Below, one piece after another: positions 59,039-64,000 of a DNA stretch of 64,000 nucleotides. Location of the stretch: IMG/VR virus record IMGVR_UViG_3300032007_000001; one strand, 5' to 3'. This stretch comes from a virus. Lineage: Duplodnaviria; Caudoviricetes. The translations under genes were made by a program, and so were the position numbers. The notes under the pieces are model-generated. The model ran no database searches and was not told the DNA's origin. It saw nothing but the letters and a program-made list of their open reading frames with translations. Position 1 is the stretch's first letter. Every line of letters begins with the position of its first letter.

Positions 59039-60356
59039 CTATTTCAACTCCAAGTTCTTTCATTGTATTCGGTAACCAATTTTTATATACTTCAAGCGGT
59101 CTCGGATAATTCTCTGCAAATGTAAGTTTTTTCAATAATTCATTTTTTAATTCTCCAACCCATTTGCCGTCTGTTTTGTTTTTTGACGATTTAAGAATTT
59201 CCTGTCCAGTAACATGCAATTGATTAACAAAATATGGTCTTGCACAAAGCCAAAAATATATTTTTTCTGGTTTTGTTTTGTCACCAGTCTTGATAATATA
59301 TTTTCTATTATTTCTGTCTATAAGCATTTTAAGATAATGTATGTCTTTCTTTTTTTCTTCTTTGCCTATAGAACCAGCAATCTTCTTGATGCAATCGTTG
59401 TCACTTTCAACATCAAAAAAGTCCTTATTGTTGATTAACCACTTTATGGTATTCAATTCTTCTTTATTGAAAACATTGAATTTGGTTAATTCATCAATAT
59501 GTTTATTATCAATCAATTCTGACCAAATTTCCAATTCTCTGTCTTCCAATTTATTGAATTTTTCAATATCAAAATCAATATTTTCAAAAGCTTCAAAAAT
59601 TGGAGTTTGTATATTATTGATTGAGCATTTAGCGGAGAAAATATGATATTGATTCATTAATTTCAAAGCATCATTGGCATATTTCCCCTTTATGATTTTT
59701 CTAAGTTCTGTTCCAATTCTTTCTCCAGGAACAACAGAAAGATATTGTTTGCATTCATTTATTCCATTAAGAGTTGTTTCTTCTATTTCATATCCAAATT
59801 GTGACATAAAACGAAAAGCTCTTAAAATGCGTAAAGGGTCTTCATAAAATCTTTCTTTGGGATTTCCAATTGCTCTTATTATTTTATTTTGTACGTCATC
59901 AATACTGCTATATGAATTTCCATTATAATCAAATTTATAATCTACAAATTCGCCTTTATTCGTTAAAGCAATTGCATTGATACTAAAATCTCTTCTCGCT
60001 CTATCTTCATCCAATGTTTTTACAGTTTGAACGATTGGGTCTAGAAGTTTATTTCCATTTTCATCATAATAATTATCACTTCTATATGTAGCGATTTCAA
60101 AATTTTCACCAGCAAATGGTACAACCAATACGTTAAATGCTTTTCCAACATCATTGCTTCTTGGAAAAAGCGATTTTAATTTTTCTGTTTCAGCACTTGT
60201 TACGATATCAACATCTTTTGCTTTTATTCTATCTTTGTGAAATTGATTATGAAACATTGTTCTTGGTTTCCCACCAATAATATATGCTTCATATCCTGCT
60301 TTTACTATGATATTGACTAAAGCTTTTGCCGCTTCTAATGTATTGTCTTTCATCAT
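58968..60356 (-). CDS. cca: CCA-adding tRNA nucleotidyltransferase (class II)
   Basis: YIIGG, KDVDIVT, EIATYR, DRARRDFSINAIA, EDPLRILRAFRF, ERIGTEL. Confidence 0.88.
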   Translation of the reverse strand: MMKDNTLEAAKALVNIIVKAGYEAYIIGGKPRTMFHNQFHKDRIKAKDVDIVTSAETEKLKSLFPRSNDVGKAFNVLVVPFAGENFEIATYRSDNYYDENGNKLLDPIVQTVKTLDEDRARRDFSINAIALTNKGEFVDYKFDYNGNSYSSIDDVQNKIIRAIGNPKERFYEDPLRILRAFRFMSQFGYEIEETTLNGINECKQYLSVVPGERIGTELRKIIKGKYANDALKLMNQYHIFSAKCSINNIQTPIFEAFENIDFDIEKFNKLEDRELEIWSELIDNKHIDELTKFNVFNKEELNTIKWLINNKDFFDVESDNDCIKKIAGSIGKEEKKKDIHYLKMLIDRNNRKYIIKTGDKTKPEKIYFWLCARPYFVNQLHVTGQEILKSSKNKTDGKWVGELKNELLKKLTFAENYPRPLEVYKNWLPNTMKELGVEIDEQGLESLIQQKEAEASNISKPQ

Positions 60357-60373
60357 TTATAAGAGTCCTTTCA

Positions 60374-60817
60374 TTATTCACTATAGTATTGAGACCATTT
60401 CTTATAACCAGCTACTATATAAGCAACCCAAGCTTTATACGGTTTTTCTACGAATTCTGCACTTCGTTCTTCATATGTTAAGTTAATATAATTCATATCA
60501 AAATTGGAATAAATATTGATATAAAAATTACTAAAATAATTATCTGGGTCTATGCTTTCTCTATAATTTTCTGGACAAATCAATTTAATGTCAACTATGA
60601 TTGAAGTAGAACCGCAGTCCTCATAAAATTTATTGATATAAGGCTTCAATTGAGAAAATTGCATATATCCTGAATTGAATGCTGTATTTATGTCCATATT
60701 GATTCCAGTATCTGAAGAAAGAGTAAATCTTTTTGTTTCCCATGATAAGAATTCTTCTTGATAATCTAAATAACTCATTATTTCTTCATATGATTCAAAA
60801 TAAATTTTATATCCCAT
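60374..60817 (-). CDS. hypothetical protein
   Basis: 147 aa, GGAGG RBS. Confidence 0.7.
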   Translation of the reverse strand: MGYKIYFESYEEIMSYLDYQEEFLSWETKRFTLSSDTGINMDINTAFNSGYMQFSQLKPYINKFYEDCGSTSIIVDIKLICPENYRESIDPDNYFSNFYINIYSNFDMNYINLTYEERSAEFVEKPYKAWVAYIVAGYKKWSQYYSE

Positions 60818-60829
60818 ATTTCCTCCAAA

Positions 60830-61552
60830 TTAGACCAAATTGTCAGCATCATTAAATTTGTTAATATTTCTTTCTTTTTCTCCGTCTTTTGGAGATAATT
60901 TACCTGCAAAAATCAAATCTTGTCTTGAATTATATAATTCCATTTGTTTTTTGAATTCTTCTGTAAATGCTATTTCCAATTCAAAATTCATTCCATATTG
61001 CATATCCAAAGCGCGTATTGTACTTAATACTATTTCAGCAAATGTATGGATTTCGTTTCTAAAGAAATTTGAATCTATTGTACCTTCTTGTTTTATATTT
61101 CCAGAGACTTTATTCAATTCGTCTATCAACGATTTGATTTGTCCCATATATCCAATTGTATATTGATGTTTTTTTGCTTCAGAAAGTTGTTCTACTTCTT
61201 CGAGTCTTGTCAATGCCAATTCAATCATATGACTTAATGTATTGGCTTTGTCAATATTTATCTTTAATCCTTGTCTATAATCTTCTCTGTCTTGTTTGAC
61301 TTTTGATTTTATGCGAGCATCTTGTGCTAAAAATTCATCTCTTTGGTCAAAATGTCTTTGCAAATGTCTTCTTATAGACGAAGGTGCTATGTTTTCTTCT
61401 TTTACGATTCTTCTATCAGCTGGGTCTGTCATATCTTGCAAATACTGATAGATTTTTTCTGGAGAAAAACCTTTGCATGAAAGTTGTTCAATAATGTTTC
61501 TATGCTTTGACATGCAAACTTTACATTTTTTCTCTGTTAACACATAGCTCAC
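60830..61552 (-). CDS. zinc-binding helical protein, possibly terminase small subunit-like
   Basis: CKVC..H ... RRHLQRH then coiled coil. Confidence 0.4.
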   Translation of the reverse strand: MSYVLTEKKCKVCMSKHRNIIEQLSCKGFSPEKIYQYLQDMTDPADRRIVKEENIAPSSIRRHLQRHFDQRDEFLAQDARIKSKVKQDREDYRQGLKINIDKANTLSHMIELALTRLEEVEQLSEAKKHQYTIGYMGQIKSLIDELNKVSGNIKQEGTIDSNFFRNEIHTFAEIVLSTIRALDMQYGMNFELEIAFTEEFKKQMELYNSRQDLIFAGKLSPKDGEKERNINKFNDADNLV

Positions 61553-61661
61553 CTCTTTATTTCCAAATATATTTTATCAAATTACATTGAAAAAGAAAAT
61601 TGATTTCTAAAATTTTTTATACATTAAAAAAGCCGGATTATTTATATCCGGCTTTAATTTT

Positions 61662-61973
61662 TTATTTTTTTGCAAATTCAAATTTTGTATCAAAAACTGT
61701 TAAGCATTTTCCAGCAAGAATTTTATCCGGCTCGTTTGTCCATGTTCCGAGAAGCAAATCTTCTTTGATGTCTTTCATCAAAACTTTTCGATTCATTACT
61801 CCAGCATCAACTCCTCGTGCCCATGGTTCTGGGACAGCAACATATTTGTACGTTTCATCATGTTTCGTTACCACCTTGCACAATCCAAGGTAAACGTATT
61901 TATCACTTTCATGCCAATAGATTCTACCAAATTGCAAACGATGTTTTTCTTTACTTGAAATTTTCATATTCAT
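61662..61973 (-). CDS. hypothetical protein
   Basis: 103 aa, AAGGAG RBS. Confidence 0.7.
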   Translation of the reverse strand: MNMKISSKEKHRLQFGRIYWHESDKYVYLGLCKVVTKHDETYKYVAVPEPWARGVDAGVMNRKVLMKDIKEDLLLGTWTNEPDKILAGKCLTVFDTKFEFAKK

Positions 61974-62836
61974 GCTCCTTTTTTAAGAACAATCTTACCT
62001 TTGTCTTGAGCCCAATCTTTCAAATCTTGCAATGTAACCCAACCAAAATTATATTTGTCTTGCTCTTGCGGGTTGAGCCAGAAAATAAGATTTCCTTTAT
62101 CGTCTTTCTTTGGAGAAAGTGCAAAAAATTTTTTTCCGGCATTTTTCAGTTCTTCGTAAATGCCAGTTTCGTATGCTTCTTTCCACGTTTCATAATTTTC
62201 CTTATCGTTCTCGTATACCTTGTCAGCCCAAGACTTAGGAATCAAAGACTTGATAAGGATAGTAAGACCAGCATTCTTAAATACTCCGCCACCAGTAAAT
62301 CCAATTGTGATATCGAGATTTTGAAACGCATTATACAACGTTTCAACTACATTTTTATCTTTTGCCATGAAGGCAAAATCTTCACCGCTCCAACATGCAG
62401 AAAAATCCCAATCATCTTCCCAAGGAATGAGTTCAGAATGCGGTTTCTCATTGCAATTGCGGTCATAATATCCACCTGCACACACGAGAGCATATGCTTT
62501 TTCGCCTTTGATTTTATATTCGTAAATCTTTACGTTAGAACCATCGCGAATAGAACGTGCTTCAATACCAAACAACGGTTTAAGAGTACCATTGTAAGAT
62601 TCAAAATTATCTCGTTCAGATGCTGAAACATAGTTTCCTTTATTGTCAATATAATTTCCAATACCGCATCTACGAGAAATTCCCTTAATGCCCCACTCAT
62701 GTTCAGCACAGTAATCTGCACCAAGGTCTACACCAACAATAATGTTAGCTTTCTTTCTTTTGTACCCAAAATCTTTTCCGTAAATCACCTTTCCATGAAA
62801 TGCTCTACGCATTATTTCAGCCCCTTTCGTTAACAC
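61970..62836 (-). CDS. hypothetical protein
   Basis: 288 aa; LGADYCAEHEWGI; start probably 62812. Confidence 0.75.
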   Translation of the reverse strand: MLTKGAEIMRRAFHGKVIYGKDFGYKRKKANIIVGVDLGADYCAEHEWGIKGISRRCGIGNYIDNKGNYVSASERDNFESYNGTLKPLFGIEARSIRDGSNVKIYEYKIKGEKAYALVCAGGYYDRNCNEKPHSELIPWEDDWDFSACWSGEDFAFMAKDKNVVETLYNAFQNLDITIGFTGGGVFKNAGLTILIKSLIPKSWADKVYENDKENYETWKEAYETGIYEELKNAGKKFFALSPKKDDKGNLIFWLNPQEQDKYNFGWVTLQDLKDWAQDKGKIVLKKGA

Positions 62837-62870
62837 TATATCATATTTTTAAGTTTTTGTAAACAACTTT

Positions 62871-63182
62871 TTATACTTTTCCAATATATGGATTTTCAAA
62901 GCTAAGAGGATTTACGCCAAGAGCAAACAGGTATTGGCGATATTGCCATGTATCTTCCGGACGTACATCCCAATCAACGAGATATTCATCTTCTGTCAAT
63001 GTAATATTATCTTCAATTTCTTCTTTTTCATCTCCCCATACTGTAGTAATAACAGCACACACTTCATTATCTTTTTCATTGCGTTCAATATCTTCAATCT
63101 TCTTTGGTGCAACGCATTCGTTAAGCAAAGCTTTGATTTCTTTGTCTGTGAGTTCAACTATCCTACGATAATTTTTTTTCAT
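62871..63182 (-). CDS. hypothetical protein
   Basis: 103 aa, GGGAG RBS, promoter upstream. Confidence 0.72.
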   Translation of the reverse strand: MKKNYRRIVELTDKEIKALLNECVAPKKIEDIERNEKDNEVCAVITTVWGDEKEEIEDNITLTEDEYLVDWDVRPEDTWQYRQYLFALGVNPLSFENPYIGKV

Positions 63183-63213
63183 GGCATTTATTCTCCCTTC
63201 TTTTGATGTTTAT

Positions 63214-63290
63214 ATTATACCATAATTTAGTAAAAAGTAAATAGCTTTGTGCAAAAATATATGTACAAATTTAATGAATTATGATAAAAT
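63214..63290. promoter_or_regulatory. divergent promoter pair
   Basis: minus: TTTACT-N17-TATAAT (63242-63214); plus: TGTACA-N17-TAAAAT (63262-63290). Confidence 0.65.
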
Positions 63291-63312
63291 TACATTAAAG
63301 GAGAGAAAATTA

Positions 63313-63663
63313 ATGTTTAAGAATATAAGATTAATCAAACAAGAAATTAAATATTCAACATGGGGAATAAGAGAATATCTTATGATGTTTCGTTTTTCAT
63401 GTAAAAATGAAAATAATGAAAAAGATATGGTGCATATTATCATATCAAGTAATATCGATTTTAATTTTTATCATTGTGTTATATCTGCAAAAGAGATTCA
63501 TAAAATATTCAATTTTCATAGTATGTTTGGTAAAAAATTAAGCACATATGATTTTGCTAGAGAATATGGATTGTATTATTCTGAATTTTATAATAAGGTT
63601 TTTGATAAATCATTAAAACATTTTTATAAACAAGTAAGACTTTTGGAACGGGTGGGATTATGA
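63313..63663 (+). CDS. GL-tail protein
   Basis: AAGGAG RBS; ends ERVGL. Confidence 0.72.
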   Translation: MFKNIRLIKQEIKYSTWGIREYLMMFRFSCKNENNEKDMVHIIISSNIDFNFYHCVISAKEIHKIFNFHSMFGKKLSTYDFAREYGLYYSEFYNKVFDKSLKHFYKQVRLLERVGL

Positions 63664-64000
63664 TGTCTGTACAAACAGAACTTATGGATTTTTTTAATTT
63701 GTTCTATCAAATAAAAACATGGACAATGATGTTGAATGATGATAGATGCAAATATATGATGGAAATAATGTCAAAAATGGAAACAATAAAAGACATAATG
63801 ATTATATGTTTTGACATTTATAATACATATCAATTGAAAAATGGAAATTATGTAAGAGGCGAAAGAATTTTTACAATTGAAGTTAATGTAACAGAAGATA
63901 TATTTACTGCATATGAATATTCATTTTGCAAACATAAAGGACATCTTAGAGATTTTAGAGATGTGCTTTTAACAGAACATTCGTTAAGAGATGTGTTTGA
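63660..64000 (+). CDS. hypothetical protein, truncated by the window end
   Basis: ATGA-coupled start, open to the end of the window. Confidence 0.6.
   Translation, partial: MMSVQTELMDFFNLFYQIKTWTMMLNDDRCKYMMEIMSKMETIKDIMIICFDIYNTYQLKNGNYVRGERIFTIEVNVTEDIFTAYEYSFCKHKGHLRDFRDVLLTEHSLRDVF

Noticed and set aside
1-64000. CRISPR array, rRNA, integrase or transposase
   Set aside because: No regularly spaced repeats or recognisable motifs seen.

Overview
AT-rich segment of a large (jumbo-type) bacteriophage genome in the standard genetic code. The host is inferred to be an anaerobic, flagellated, probably diderm Firmicute (Negativicutes-like). Recognisable genes: RecA, HU, C5 DNA methyltransferase, radical SAM/SPASM, metallophosphoesterase, 3D-domain and GH73 cell-wall enzymes, LysM, UDG-like, Pth2, DUF932, GIY-YIG, a spanin-like overlapping pair, a flagellin-like protein, TetR, AAA ATPase and a CCA-adding enzyme. 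The class III ribonucleotide reductase (nrdD) is split by two group I introns around a 16-nt exon, and its glycyl-radical domain is a separate gene. Most notable unexplained signals: (1) 23 mostly unrelated ORFs plus a 12-codon mini-ORF all end in G-L/F-stop, suggesting a shared C-terminal docking tag; (2) a tRNA-like RNA with an abnormal anticodon arm, followed by a ~1 kb promoter-to-terminator, highly base-paired non-coding RNA; (3) three further structured intergenic RNA candidates; (4) a dispersed sigma70-type promoter motif and an N-terminal MK(H/R)L..A motif family. All product calls come from motif recognition by eye; no searches were run.
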